A stretch of DNA of 64,000 nucleotides from Pseudomonadota bacterium (GTDB lineage: Bacteria > Chloroflexota > UBA6077 > JAJPGT01). Positions 1 through 11,410 of this stretch are shown piece after piece (the stretch's first letter is position 1; every line of letters starts with the position of its first letter). The stretch spans positions 16,124-80,123 of the forward strand of contig JAJPGT010000054.1 in assembly GCA_021325655.1 (NCBI GenBank), given 5' to 3'. The position numbers and the translations under genes are program-made. Under the pieces are notes generated by a model, which saw only the letters and a program-made list of their open reading frames with translations, was not told the DNA's origin and made no database searches.

Positions 1-1268
1 GGAAAGCCGGCCCAGTGGTTCATCCAGACGGCGGAGATGCCTGCCCGGCGCAGCGCGTCAAGCAACGGCTGGCTGTCGAACGGCAGCTTGTTCCAGTAGG
101 GCGACTGGAACACCTGGCGGGGATTGGAGGTCGCATAGCCGGCCAGGTGCGCCAGCATGACCAGGGCGACGAGCGAGGCGGCCAGCGAGGCACGCAGAGG
201 GGCACCCCGGACAACCGGCCCCCTGAGGGGCCCTCGCCCAGGGCCCCCGAGCAGTGGCTCCGCCAGCGCCGCCACCGCCAGCGGAACGACGCCCCAGAGC
301 GGTAGAACGTAGCGTCCGGTGGCGTCGAAGCCCCAGGGATTGAGCGATGGCCCGGCGAAGCCGCTGCCAAGGTAGATCAGGACGAGCATGAGCGCGAATA
401 CCAGGGGCACGTCGCTGGGAGCGAGCCGGCGGCCATGGGAGGCACGGCCGCGGAGCAGCAGCGCCAGCAGGCCGGCGCCGACAACGCCGCCCAGCGCCCA
501 GGAGACAGGCGCCGGAGTCGCGCCCCACGGCTGCCAGAGCCCCAGCACCCGGGGCAGCGAGTCGTGGAGCAAGGCCCCGGCCTCAGCCACCAGGTCCTGT
601 GCCAGGGGGTGGCCGCCCGCCAGCGAGCGCGCGGTGCCGAAGCCGCTGGCCAGGTTGCCCAGCCAGAGCGGGATCCCGCCGAGCGCCAGTCCGGCGGCGA
701 GCACGGGGGCCAGGCGTGGGAGCTTGCGCGGGGCCCGGGCGAGCAGCACCAGCGCGCAGGTGGCGAGCGCGTAGACGGCTACGCCTTGGAGCCAGAGGGC
801 GAAGCCGCCAAGCAGCCCGAGCGCCAGCGCCCGGCCGCGGCCCGCCGCGGGGTCCTCAGGCGACTGGTCGCCTGGTGTGCCCTTCGCTGGCCTCCAGGCG
901 AGGTCAATGGCCAGCGCCAGCAGCAGATTGCCGAGCGCCATCACCTCGGGGTACGGTGCCCAGGCCTTGAGCATGGTGGCGGCGACGTAGACGGGCGGTG
1001 CGGCAGCGACCAGCGCGGCGATCAGCGCGGCGGGCGTGGACACGATGCGTCGTGCCAGCCCATAGGTGGTCAGGATGAAGGCGAGCGACGCCGCCAGCGG
1101 CACCAGCTTCAATGCCATGCGCGACATGCCCAGCACCTGGTAGAGCGCCGCCGCCTCATAGGCCTGGAGCGCCCCGGTGTACTGCAGCCCGTTCAGGAAG
1201 ATCGGCCGCTGGCCCTGCAGGATGTGCCGGGCCATCAGCCCGACCATCGCTTCGTCACCGTCGATCAT
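1..1268 (-). CDS. GT-C fold membrane glycosyltransferase (family 39 / ArnT-PMT_2-like); 3' end runs off the window
   Basis: Absent from the ORF track because no stop lies inside the window. My manual minus-strand translation gives one uninterrupted hydrophobic frame reading ...LALAGIFLFGLALRVALLERSHWMIDGDEAMVGLMARHILQGQRPIFLNGLQYTG... and continuing to position 1. A first TM helix followed by a D-x-D-E loop is the GT39/PMT_2 signature. The first ATG/GTG/TTG in frame is ATG 1268..1266. The frame itself is open upstream to a TGA at 1505..1503 (see finding). Confidence 0.6.
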   Translation of the reverse strand, partial: MIDGDEAMVGLMARHILQGQRPIFLNGLQYTGALQAYEAAALYQVLGMSRMALKLVPLAASLAFILTTYGLARRIVSTPAALIAALVAAAPPVYVAATMLKAWAPYPEVMALGNLLLALAIDLAWRPAKGTPGDQSPEDPAAGRGRALALGLLGGFALWLQGVAVYALATCALVLLARAPRKLPRLAPVLAAGLALGGIPLWLGNLASGFGTARSLAGGHPLAQDLVAEAGALLHDSLPRVLGLWQPWGATPAPVSWALGGVVGAGLLALLLRGRASHGRRLAPSDVPLVFALMLVLIYLGSGFAGPSLNPWGFDATGRYVLPLWGVVPLAVAALAEPLLGGPGRGPLRGPVVRGAPLRASLAASLVALVMLAHLAGYATSNPRQVFQSPYWNKLPFDSQPLLDALRRAGISAVWMNHWAGF

Positions 1269-1438
1269 CCAGTGCGAGCGCTCTAGCAGGGCGACGCGGA
1301 GCGCCAGGCCAAATAGGAAGATGCCGGCCAGGGCCAGGCGCGATCCTCGCTCGCCCCGTGCTGCTGTGGGCGGCGAACCAACGCCCGGCCGGCCAGGGGG
1401 CGCGTGCTCGCGCTGGCGGCCCGCTGGGCGGGAGAGCG

Positions 1439-2035
1439 TTACCGACGTTGGAGAAACTCCTCTGACACCCAGCCGCGGAGCTCGGAGAACCGCGTGCCGC
1501 CCTCACACGGCGCGTCGCGCAGCACGATGGGGTAGACGAGCCAGGACCGGCCGGCCGCGTCTGTCGACCGGCCATGGTCCTGGACGAGCACCGTGGCCGG
1601 CCGGTCCTGCAGGAGCGTGCAGTACGAGGGCTGCTTCAGCTCCGGAGAGGACCGGAACTGGGCGCCGCGTCGCACGATCACCGCGGCGCCCATGGGAAGC
1701 TCGCGGACCGTCGGCACCGGCGGGACCTGGCCTCCGGGCGTCTCCTGGCTCAGGCTCAGCGCACCGCCCAGGAGCAGACCGAACAGCACCAGCGGCAGTG
1801 CCACGATCAGGAACGAGAGGCCGCGGGCCGAATGGACCTGCTCCTGGGGCCAGCCAACGCCTGGGCTGGCAGGAGCGCCGCCGAGCGGGGGAGCGCTGCT
1901 CTCTACCGGAGACGAGGGGGCACGCTCTGCCGCGGCGACGGCGCCCGCAGCGGAGAGCGGCGCCGCGGCAGAATCCGAGCCGGGCAACGGGGCGTCGGGC
2001 GATTCGCTCATGGGCTGATTCCTGTCATCTCGCAC
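1439..2035 (-). CDS. hypothetical membrane-anchored protein with SH3b-like C-terminal region
   Basis: Track ORF. It has a low-complexity Ala/Pro/Ser N-terminus, one TM helix (LSFLIVALPLVLFGLLLGGAL) and a C-terminal ~70 aa ending ELRGWVSEEFL that resembles a bacterial SH3 domain. The family is not recognised with certainty. Confidence 0.45.
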   Translation of the reverse strand: MRDDRNQPMSESPDAPLPGSDSAAAPLSAAGAVAAAERAPSSPVESSAPPLGGAPASPGVGWPQEQVHSARGLSFLIVALPLVLFGLLLGGALSLSQETPGGQVPPVPTVRELPMGAAVIVRRGAQFRSSPELKQPSYCTLLQDRPATVLVQDHGRSTDAAGRSWLVYPIVLRDAPCEGGTRFSELRGWVSEEFLQRR

Positions 2036-2327
2036 GCTGGCTCCAAGCTCTGGCAGGCAGGGAGGTTGCGGCGCACCTGGCTGAGGAGCCCGTGGCCGCT
2101 AGGAATGGCCAGCGCCGCGCAAGGTCGTCAGCACGGTTCGTGCCAACTCTGGGCAGTACTCTGGGCACGTCTAGGCACACCTCCCTGGCACGGCTCGTGC
2201 GCGCGGGTTCCTCACAGTTGCGCGCGTAGACAGCCCCGGTGCTTGCGCGCCGGGCTGGGATGCACGGCCTGGCCCTGTCGTCGCTCGCGGCCGGCGGCGG
2301 ATATGATGCAACGCGTGGAGGCAGAGG

Positions 2328-4769
2328 GTGGCGCGAACGCTGGAGCGGGACGTGGCGAGCGCGGCGGTGGGCGCCGCGTTCGGACCGTATCCAGCCCCAC
2401 TCCAACTGTATCTGGGGCTTGGGCTCGTGTCCGCCGCGGTGCTCCTGCTCGAGCTCACCCTGACCCGTGTCTTCTCCGTCTCGCTCTGGTACCACTTTGC
2501 CTTCATGGTCGTAAGCATCGCGCTGCTCGGGGTAGGCGCGAGCGGCAGCTTCGTCACCATCGCCCGCGACCGGCTGCGCGCTGATCTGCACCGCGCCCTG
2601 TTCCGCGCCGGCCTGCTGTTCGCCCTGGCGACGCTCGGGACGCTCGCTATCGCGGTGGCCGTTCCGTTCGACCCCTCGCGGCTGGGCATAGAGCCATTCC
2701 CCCAGGGGCTCTACCTGCTGCTGTTCTACCTGGGGTTGGCGCTGCCCTTCTTTTTTGCCGGCTCTCTGGTGGCGCTGCTGCTGTCCACGCTGACGGCGCA
2801 GGCCGGCCAGCTCTATGGAGCCGATCTGGCCGGCGCCGGGGTGGGCTGTGTCCTGTTCCTGGCGGCACTGCCGGCGCTGGGAGCGCAGGGGGCGATCGTG
2901 CTGGCCGCGCTGCTGGCCGTCGTCGCCGCGCTCCTGCTCGGGCCGCCCCGCGTACCCCGCTGGCTGCTGCCGCCGGCCGTCGCGCTGGCCGTACTCGCCC
3001 CGCTCGCCCAGGGGCTGATCGACGTCCATATCCCACCTAGCAAGGGGCTGGCGCTCGCGGAGCAGGCCGGCGCACGCCCGGTGCTGACCCGCTGGAACAC
3101 CTTCTCGCGCGTCGACGTGACCCAGAACGACCCGACCCGCTTCTTCGCTGGCCTCAGCCCGCGCTACCTCGGCGCGCTGCCCGACCAGGTGGCGATCCGC
3201 ATCGACGCCGACGCCCGCACGGACATCACCCGGCTGGACGGGAACATTGCCGCGCTCGACTATCTCGACCACCTCGCCTCCGCGCTGCCGTACCAGGAGC
3301 TCAGCCAGCCGAGCGTGCTCGTGATCGGCGCGGGCGGCGGGACAGACGTCGTCGCGGCGCTGCACCACGGGGCTCCAGACGTCACCGCGGTGGAGATCAA
3401 CCCGCTGATCGTAGACATCGTGAACCGGGACTATGGGCTGTTCTCGGGTGGGCTGTACCGGGATCCACGCGTCCACGTGGTCGTCGACGAGGGGCGCAAC
3501 TACGTTGCCCGCAGCCATGACCGCTACGACCTGATCCAGATTAGCCTCGTGGATACCTGGGCGGCGACCAGCTCGGGCGCCTACTCGCTGAGCGAGAACT
3601 ACCTGTACACCCGCGAAGCGTTCGGCCACTACTACGACCACCTGACCAACCGGGGCGTCCTGGCGATCAGCCGCTGGTCACGCGAGCCCCCGGTCGAGCT
3701 GCTGCGGCTGCTGTCCACCGCGCTGGCCGGCCTGGAGGATCGCGGCGTGGCCAACCCGGCCCGCCATCTGGCGGTCGTCCGCGCCGACAATCTGGCGACC
3801 ACGATCATCACCCGCGCGCCCCTCAGCCCGGATCAGCTCGCCGCGGTGAATCGCTTCGCCGCCGACAACGGCTTCGAAGTGCTCTACCCCACGTCCGGCC
3901 AGAGCAACGAGGTCCAGGCGTTCATCGACGCCCCGGACCGCGGCCAGCTCATCCAGGACTATCCCTTCAACATTGCGCCCACGTCTGACGACGAGCCGTT
4001 CTTCTTTCAGTACGGCCGCTGGCGCGACCTCAACCCGGGCGTCTTCCTGGACCGCTTCGGCGACCACAACTTCGCCGGCCAGGTCATCCTGGTGGCCGCC
4101 CTGGCGCAGGCGCTGCTCCTGGGCGCCCTGCTCATCCTGCTGCCCCTGGCCAGCCGGCGCGGGCTGCGCGCCAGGCTGCGCCAGGTTCGGTTCGCCCCGG
4201 TGGTGCTCTACTTCGTTGCCCTCGGCCTCGCCTTCATGTTCCTCGAGATCTCGCTCATGCAGCGGCTGTCGCTGTTCCTCGGCCACCCGGTGTACTCGAT
4301 CAGCACGGTGCTGTTCACGCTCCTGCTCGCCAGCGGCGTCGGCAGCCTGCTGACCGCTCGGGTCTCGCCCAGCGGCCTCTCCCGAGCGCTGGCACTGGCA
4401 ATGGTGACCCTCGCGGCGTTGATCGGGCTCGAGCTCCTGCTGCTGCCGCTGCTGATCCAGCACTGGCTTGGCGAGCCGATCGAGATGCGGATCCTGGCCA
4501 GCATTGCCGCCATCGCCCCGCTGGGGCTGTTCATGGGCATGCCGTTTCCGCTCGGGCTGCGGCTCCTGGAGCGCTCGGGCGGGGAGCTCATCCCCTGGGC
4601 CTGGGCGATCAACGGCTGCGCCTCGGTGGTCGGCCCGGTGCTGGCGGTGATCGTCGCCATCTCGGGCGGCTTCACCCTGGTGACGGCGCTGGCGGCAGCG
4701 CTGTACCTGCTCGGCCTCGGGGCCGCACTGCTGCTCCACCCCCGCCCAGCGTCCGCCGCGGGCCGCTAG
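2328..4769 (+). CDS. polytopic membrane protein with a central spermidine-synthase-like SAM-dependent methyltransferase fold
   Basis: 813-aa track ORF with a GTG start. There are clusters of TM helices at both ends. The central soluble domain carries VLVIGAGGGTDVVAALHHGAPDVTAVEINPLIVDIV and DLIQISLVD, the Rossmann/spermidine-synthase pattern. Confidence 0.8.
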   Translation: MARTLERDVASAAVGAAFGPYPAPLQLYLGLGLVSAAVLLLELTLTRVFSVSLWYHFAFMVVSIALLGVGASGSFVTIARDRLRADLHRALFRAGLLFALATLGTLAIAVAVPFDPSRLGIEPFPQGLYLLLFYLGLALPFFFAGSLVALLLSTLTAQAGQLYGADLAGAGVGCVLFLAALPALGAQGAIVLAALLAVVAALLLGPPRVPRWLLPPAVALAVLAPLAQGLIDVHIPPSKGLALAEQAGARPVLTRWNTFSRVDVTQNDPTRFFAGLSPRYLGALPDQVAIRIDADARTDITRLDGNIAALDYLDHLASALPYQELSQPSVLVIGAGGGTDVVAALHHGAPDVTAVEINPLIVDIVNRDYGLFSGGLYRDPRVHVVVDEGRNYVARSHDRYDLIQISLVDTWAATSSGAYSLSENYLYTREAFGHYYDHLTNRGVLAISRWSREPPVELLRLLSTALAGLEDRGVANPARHLAVVRADNLATTIITRAPLSPDQLAAVNRFAADNGFEVLYPTSGQSNEVQAFIDAPDRGQLIQDYPFNIAPTSDDEPFFFQYGRWRDLNPGVFLDRFGDHNFAGQVILVAALAQALLLGALLILLPLASRRGLRARLRQVRFAPVVLYFVALGLAFMFLEISLMQRLSLFLGHPVYSISTVLFTLLLASGVGSLLTARVSPSGLSRALALAMVTLAALIGLELLLLPLLIQHWLGEPIEMRILASIAAIAPLGLFMGMPFPLGLRLLERSGGELIPWAWAINGCASVVGPVLAVIVAISGGFTLVTALAAALYLLGLGAALLLHPRPASAAGR

Positions 4770-4849
4770 CTCGCCTCAGCACGACGCCTTCCTGGCCACG
4801 CCACGGGCACCCCACCGCCTCTCTAGCATTGCCATCTTGTTGCAAACTT

Positions 4850-4878
4850 TTGCAAGAGCATTCGTTCTCTGCTATCCT
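4850..4878 (+). promoter_or_regulatory. sigma-70-like promoter candidate (-35 TTGCAA, 17-nt spacer, -10 TATCCT)
   Basis: An AT-rich island in otherwise GC-rich DNA reads cttgTTGCAAacttTTGCAAgagcattcgttctctgcTATCCTgg. It lies ~70 nt upstream of the ATG at 4947, which is itself preceded by GGGAGG. Confidence 0.35.
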
Positions 4879-4946
4879 GGAGCCGCGCGGCCCGGGATGT
4901 GGCGCGCCGGTGACGAGACACAGCCGGCAGAGGGAGGTTGCGGTTG

Positions 4947-5996
4947 ATGGCGGTCGCCCCGGACGTCCTGCCGGCGCTGCGCCCGGCCGAGGCGCGCTCG
5001 TCTCGCCGGCTGCCCGTCGCCGGCAGCGGCGTTCCCGTCGCTGTCGTCCAGGCGCTCGACGGCTCCCAGGCTGCTGCCGTGCAGGCGCTAGCCGCCGAGT
5101 GCGCCCGCTGGGATCGAGTCTTTCCCCTCTGTGAGCAGACGCTGCTCCGGCTCGCCTGTGGCGGCGACGGCGAACGCTTCGCGCTGCTCGCCCGCGACTG
5201 CGGCGGGGCGCTCATCGGCTATGCCCAGGCGGGCGCCATGAACGACGACCTCTCCGCGGACCTGTGCGTCGCCCCGGTGGCGCGTGGCCAGGGGCTCGGC
5301 CGCTGCCTGCTCGCAGCACTGGAGCGCCGTGCCGCCCGGCTGGGGCGTGATCGGCTGCACCTGTGGGCCCGGGGCGATCTTCCCGCTGCCCGCTGGCTCC
5401 TGCTCACGCGGGGTGCGACTCCGGATCGGGCGCTGCTGGAGCTCGAGCGGCCCCTGCAGGACCTCCCGCCGGCCGCGCTGCCCCCCGGCATCTCCCTGCG
5501 CCCCTTCGTTCCGGGCCAGGACGACGCGGCCTGGCTTGCGCTGCACCATCGCTGCTTTGGCTGGCACCCGGAGCAGGCGACCTGGACGCTGGCGGACCTG
5601 CGTGCTCGGCTGGTGCAGCCGTGGTTCCGCGCCGCTGGCTTCCTGCTGGCGGAGGGAGAGGGCCACTTGCGCGGCTTCGTCTGGACCAAGCTCGTCCGGG
5701 GCCTGGACGGTGTGCTGGAAGGCGAGATCTACATCGTCGGGGTTGCCCCGGAGGCGCAAGGGCGGGGCCTGGGCCGGGCGCTCACTCTGGCCGGGCTGGA
5801 GCAGCTCCGGCAGCAGGGAGTGGCGCGGGCGCGGCTGTTCGTCGAGTCCGACAACCGACCGGCACGCCGGCTCTACGACGCGCTCGGCTTCCACCGGCGC
5901 CAGCTTCACGTTTGCTACCGCCTCTCGATCCCCACTCAAGACGAGGTAGAGGGAGCGGCCGCCTCGCCCCCAGAGGGCGCGCCGGTGTTGGCGTAA
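4947..5996 (+). CDS. mshD: tandem-GNAT acetyltransferase, mycothiol-synthase (MshD)-like
   Basis: Two GNAT halves. The second has EIYIVGVAPEAQGRGLGRALTLAGLEQL...ARLFVESDNRPARRLYDALGF, which closely follows the MshD acetyl-CoA site pattern. I moved the start from the track TTG 4938 to ATG 4947, which lies 7 nt (4940-4946) after GGGAGG. Confidence 0.7.
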   Translation: MAVAPDVLPALRPAEARSSRRLPVAGSGVPVAVVQALDGSQAAAVQALAAECARWDRVFPLCEQTLLRLACGGDGERFALLARDCGGALIGYAQAGAMNDDLSADLCVAPVARGQGLGRCLLAALERRAARLGRDRLHLWARGDLPAARWLLLTRGATPDRALLELERPLQDLPPAALPPGISLRPFVPGQDDAAWLALHHRCFGWHPEQATWTLADLRARLVQPWFRAAGFLLAEGEGHLRGFVWTKLVRGLDGVLEGEIYIVGVAPEAQGRGLGRALTLAGLEQLRQQGVARARLFVESDNRPARRLYDALGFHRRQLHVCYRLSIPTQDEVEGAAASPPEGAPVLA

Positions 5997-6412
5997 CACG
6001 CGGCGCACAAGCCCACCAGGGCAAAATGGGCCAGGTCGGCGTGAAAGCCGTAGCGCTGCTGGAGCTCATGGTCCAGGGGGGAGAGGAGGGAGAGTTCCAG
6101 CTCCTGCTCCGAGCCACAGCGGCGGCAGACCAGGTGCTGGTGCGGCTGTTCGTCCACCCCGTGCCAGCGCGCCACCCCGTCATCGAAGTGGGTGTGGCGC
6201 ACCAGGTCCAGCTCTTCCAGGAACTCCAGAGTGCGGTAGACCGTGGAGAGGTTGACCTGTGGGTAGCGTGCGCGCACCCGGGCGTAGACTGCCTCGGCGG
6301 TGATGTGCCCCGGGAGAGACTCGATGGCATCCAGGATGATCTGCCGCTGGAGCGTCATCCTGAAGCCTCGCTCCCTGGCCCGCTCCTGTACCACCGCGCT
6401 CAACGATGCCAT
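5936..6412 (-). CDS. Fur family transcriptional regulator
   Basis: MASLSAVVQERARERGFRMTLQRQIILDAIE...NLSTVYRTLEFLEELDLV...HQHLVCRRCG...GLCAACY contains a winged helix plus HxH and two CxxC metal sites. The start is trimmed to ATG 6412, with GGAGGGAAGG upstream. Confidence 0.8.
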   Translation of the reverse strand: MASLSAVVQERARERGFRMTLQRQIILDAIESLPGHITAEAVYARVRARYPQVNLSTVYRTLEFLEELDLVRHTHFDDGVARWHGVDEQPHQHLVCRRCGSEQELELSLLSPLDHELQQRYGFHADLAHFALVGLCAACYANTGAPSGGEAAAPSTSS

Positions 6413-6531
6413 CCGCCTTCGCCTTCCCTCCGACGTGCTGGCCACAGCGTACCACGGAATGAGCGCCGGCTCGTCGAAAAGCTGCGCGACTGTGCGGGCG
6501 CCGGCCAGGCCGCCCGTGAGGAGACGGTGGC

Positions 6532-7248
6532 TCAGTCGCACGGCGCCTGGTGCGGGCTGGATACACGCAGCAGGCGGAACGCGAGGTCGACCGCCGGGCC
6601 GATGCCGAGCGCGAACAGCAATGTCCCCACCCCGATCGTCCCGCCGAGCAGGAAGCCGAGCGCCAGCGCGCTCGATTCGATCAGCGCCCGAACGATCCCT
6701 ACCCGCACCCCGAGCAGGCGGCTCAGCGCCAGCATCAGGCTGTCGCGTGGCCCGGCCCCGAGCGCGGCCTTGAGGTACAGCGCCGAGCCGAGGCCGACCA
6801 CGGCGACTCCGGCGAGGTGGAGCGCGATGCGGAGCAGCACGGGTGCCTGGCGCGCGTCGAGTGTGAGGTGCATGGCTGCCAGCAGGTCGATGCAGGCGCC
6901 GATCAGCACCATGTTGCAGACGGTGCCAAGGCCCGGGCGGACGCGCAGCAGGGCGCTTCCCAGGATGATGACTCCGCCGACGGCGATGCTCGCCTGGCCA
7001 AAGCTGAGCGGGGTGTGCCGGCTGAGGCCCTGGTGCAGCGCGTCCCAGGGGCTGAGCCCCAGCCCCGAGCCGAGCGTCATGGTGATGCCGTAGGCGAACA
7101 GGAACAGCCCTGCGACCAGCAGCGCCAGTCGCGTGGCCAGGACACCCCAGGCGACCGGTCGCCCGGGGACGCGGCCGCCAGATCGCGCCCGGGCGCGATC
7201 TGGCGGCCGCAGTCGCGGCTCAGGCTGTCCAGACAGCATCGGGTGCAT
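6532..7248 (-). CDS. YczE/YitT-like membrane protein
   Basis: LALLVAGLFLFAYGITMTLGSGLGLSPWDALHQGLSRHTPLSFGQASIAVG matches the YczE-family N-terminal pattern, and the whole protein is hydrophobic. The start is trimmed to ATG 7248 (MHPMLSG). Confidence 0.6.
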   Translation of the reverse strand: MHPMLSGQPEPRLRPPDRARARSGGRVPGRPVAWGVLATRLALLVAGLFLFAYGITMTLGSGLGLSPWDALHQGLSRHTPLSFGQASIAVGGVIILGSALLRVRPGLGTVCNMVLIGACIDLLAAMHLTLDARQAPVLLRIALHLAGVAVVGLGSALYLKAALGAGPRDSLMLALSRLLGVRVGIVRALIESSALALGFLLGGTIGVGTLLFALGIGPAVDLAFRLLRVSSPHQAPCD

Positions 7249-7565
7249 GATACGGGTGCCCGGGCACGGCTGTTCCCGCCGCGCTGGCGTTGAATACGCC
7301 CGAGGAGATACGCACGTTAGAAGAACAGGTGTGGCGCCAACCAGGCTGTAGCCGCCAGGCCGGCCAGTGCTCCGAAGACCTGGAGTAGTGCCGCTCCCAT
7401 CGCGCCCCCCTCGATGCTCTCGCTCCAGCATGCCCGCTAGGCCAGTCCGGTGTCACGGATCGCCTGGCCGGAGTGGGACCGTCCGAAAGGGCCGTTCGGC
7501 GCGGCGGGCCGGGCAGAGCGCTCTGCCCGGCCCGCCGCGCGCTTCCCGAGGGAGCGGGAGGCGAC

Positions 7566-10340
<2,775 letters not shown>

Positions 10341-10379
10341 CGTTCCTTCCTCCACGCGGGTTCGATGTGGAACGGCCTG

Positions 10380-10658
10380 TCAGCAGGCCACGCACACCGT
10401 CGCCCAGGGGCGCGCCACCAACCGCTGGGCCGGAATGGGCCGGCGACAGCGGTCGCACCGGCCGTAGCTACCGTCCGCCAGCTTCTCCAGCGCTCGGGCG
10501 ACCTCAGCGGCGAAGTGCTACAGCCGCGCGGCGGCCATCGCGCGCGTGCGCTACTCGACCGCGTTGGAGGTGTGGTCGCCCGCTCGCTTGCCGTACTGAA
10601 GCTGGCAGCGGAGCTCGCGGCGCTGCGCCAGCCGCGCCGCCACCCGCTCTGTGTCCAC
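10380..10658 (-). pseudogene. DksA/TraR-type C4 zinc-finger gene interrupted by two in-frame TAG codons
   Basis: Manual minus-strand translation from GTG 10658 gives VDTERVAARLAQRRELRCQLQYGKRAGDHTSNAVE-TAG-RTRAMAAARL-TAG-HFAAEVARALEKLADGSYGRCDRCRRPIPAQRLVARPWATVCVAC-TGA. The C-terminus is the TraR/DksA CxxC-x17-CxxC finger. The TAGs are at 10553..10551 and 10520..10518, all in one frame. Confidence 0.6.
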
Positions 10659-10749
10659 TTTTCCATTGTACTGACTCGCCCGCGCGGTGGCCTGAGTCTG
10701 TTCTGGAATGGCGACTCGCCTACAATGGCCCCGAGAGCGGAGGGGGCGC

Positions 10750-11367
10750 GTGGATGTCACAATCGTGCTGCGAGGGCTGCTGATCGGCTTCGCCATTGCC
10801 GCCCCGGTGGGGCCGATCGGGGTGCTCTGCATCCGGCGCACGCTCGCCGCCGGGCAGCTCGTCGGGCTGGCCTCCGGGCTCGGGGCAGCGACCGCGGACG
10901 CCTTCTATGGCGCAGTCGCCGGCTTCGGGCTGGCGTTCATCTCATCGTTCCTGCTCAGCCAGCAGCTCGCCTTGCGGCTTATCGGCGGCGCCTTCCTGCT
11001 CTGCCTCGGGGCGCGAACCTTTCTCGCCCACCCGGCGGGGCAGGCGGCGGCCGCGCAGGGCCGCGGTATCCTCGGGGCCTATCTCTCCACGCTGCTGCTG
11101 ACGCTCACCAACCCGACCACGATCCTCTCCTTCGTGGCGATCTTCGCCGGGCTGGGTGTCGCCAGCGCCACGAGAAGCTACCTCACCGCCGCGCTGCTGG
11201 TGCTGGGTGTGTTCTGTGGCTCTGCCCTCTGGTGGCTGGTGCTGAGCTCCGGGGTGACGCTGTTCCGCCAGCGCGTCAGTGCGCACGGATTGGCCTGGGT
11301 GAACCGCGTTTCCGGCATCATCATTGGCGGGTTCGGGCTGGCGGCGCTGGCGAGCCTGGCCCGCTAG
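10750..11367 (+). CDS. LysE/RhtB family amino-acid exporter
   Basis: LLIGFAIAAPVGPIGVLCIRRTL... is the typical LysE N-terminal motif, and the protein has ~6 TM segments over ~205 aa. The start is trimmed to GTG 10750, after GGAGGGGG. Confidence 0.8.
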   Translation: MDVTIVLRGLLIGFAIAAPVGPIGVLCIRRTLAAGQLVGLASGLGAATADAFYGAVAGFGLAFISSFLLSQQLALRLIGGAFLLCLGARTFLAHPAGQAAAAQGRGILGAYLSTLLLTLTNPTTILSFVAIFAGLGVASATRSYLTAALLVLGVFCGSALWWLVLSSGVTLFRQRVSAHGLAWVNRVSGIIIGGFGLAALASLAR

Positions 11368-11410
11368 TGGCGCAGCCCTCGTCTTTGAGGGCCGGAGAGA
11401 GCGGAAGTCT

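Noticed and set aside
2025-3641. Very long antisense or alternate-frame ORFs in the track. Examples: 2025..3641(-), 13038..15740(-), 26982..29147(-), 31726..33315(-), 35904..36482(-), 43362..43949(-), 49442..51118(-), 55943..57262(-), 58040..59497(-), 1177..2229(+), 5363..7093(+), 9465..11444(+), 22790..24025(+), 41097..42440(+).
   Set aside because: Each lies opposite to, or out of frame with, a gene that has clear family motifs. Their translations are Arg/Pro/Gly/Ala-rich low-complexity strings, typical of stop-poor non-coding frames in ~70% GC DNA. None has a recognisable motif or a convincing RBS.
10355-10380. tRNA-like T-loop strings: GGTTCGATG at ~10357, and GGGATTCGAACTCC at ~48393.
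   Set aside because: No acceptor, D or anticodon stems can be built around either string. The second one is part of the heptamer repeat.
10518-10553. Possibility that the two in-frame TAG codons in the DksA/TraR-like gene are decoded (pyrrolysine or suppression) rather than being nonsense mutations.
   Set aside because: TAG terminates several well-supported genes in this window (for example at 4767-4769). No Pyl machinery or PYLIS-like context is visible. The gene family is not known to use Pyl. A pseudogene is the simpler reading.
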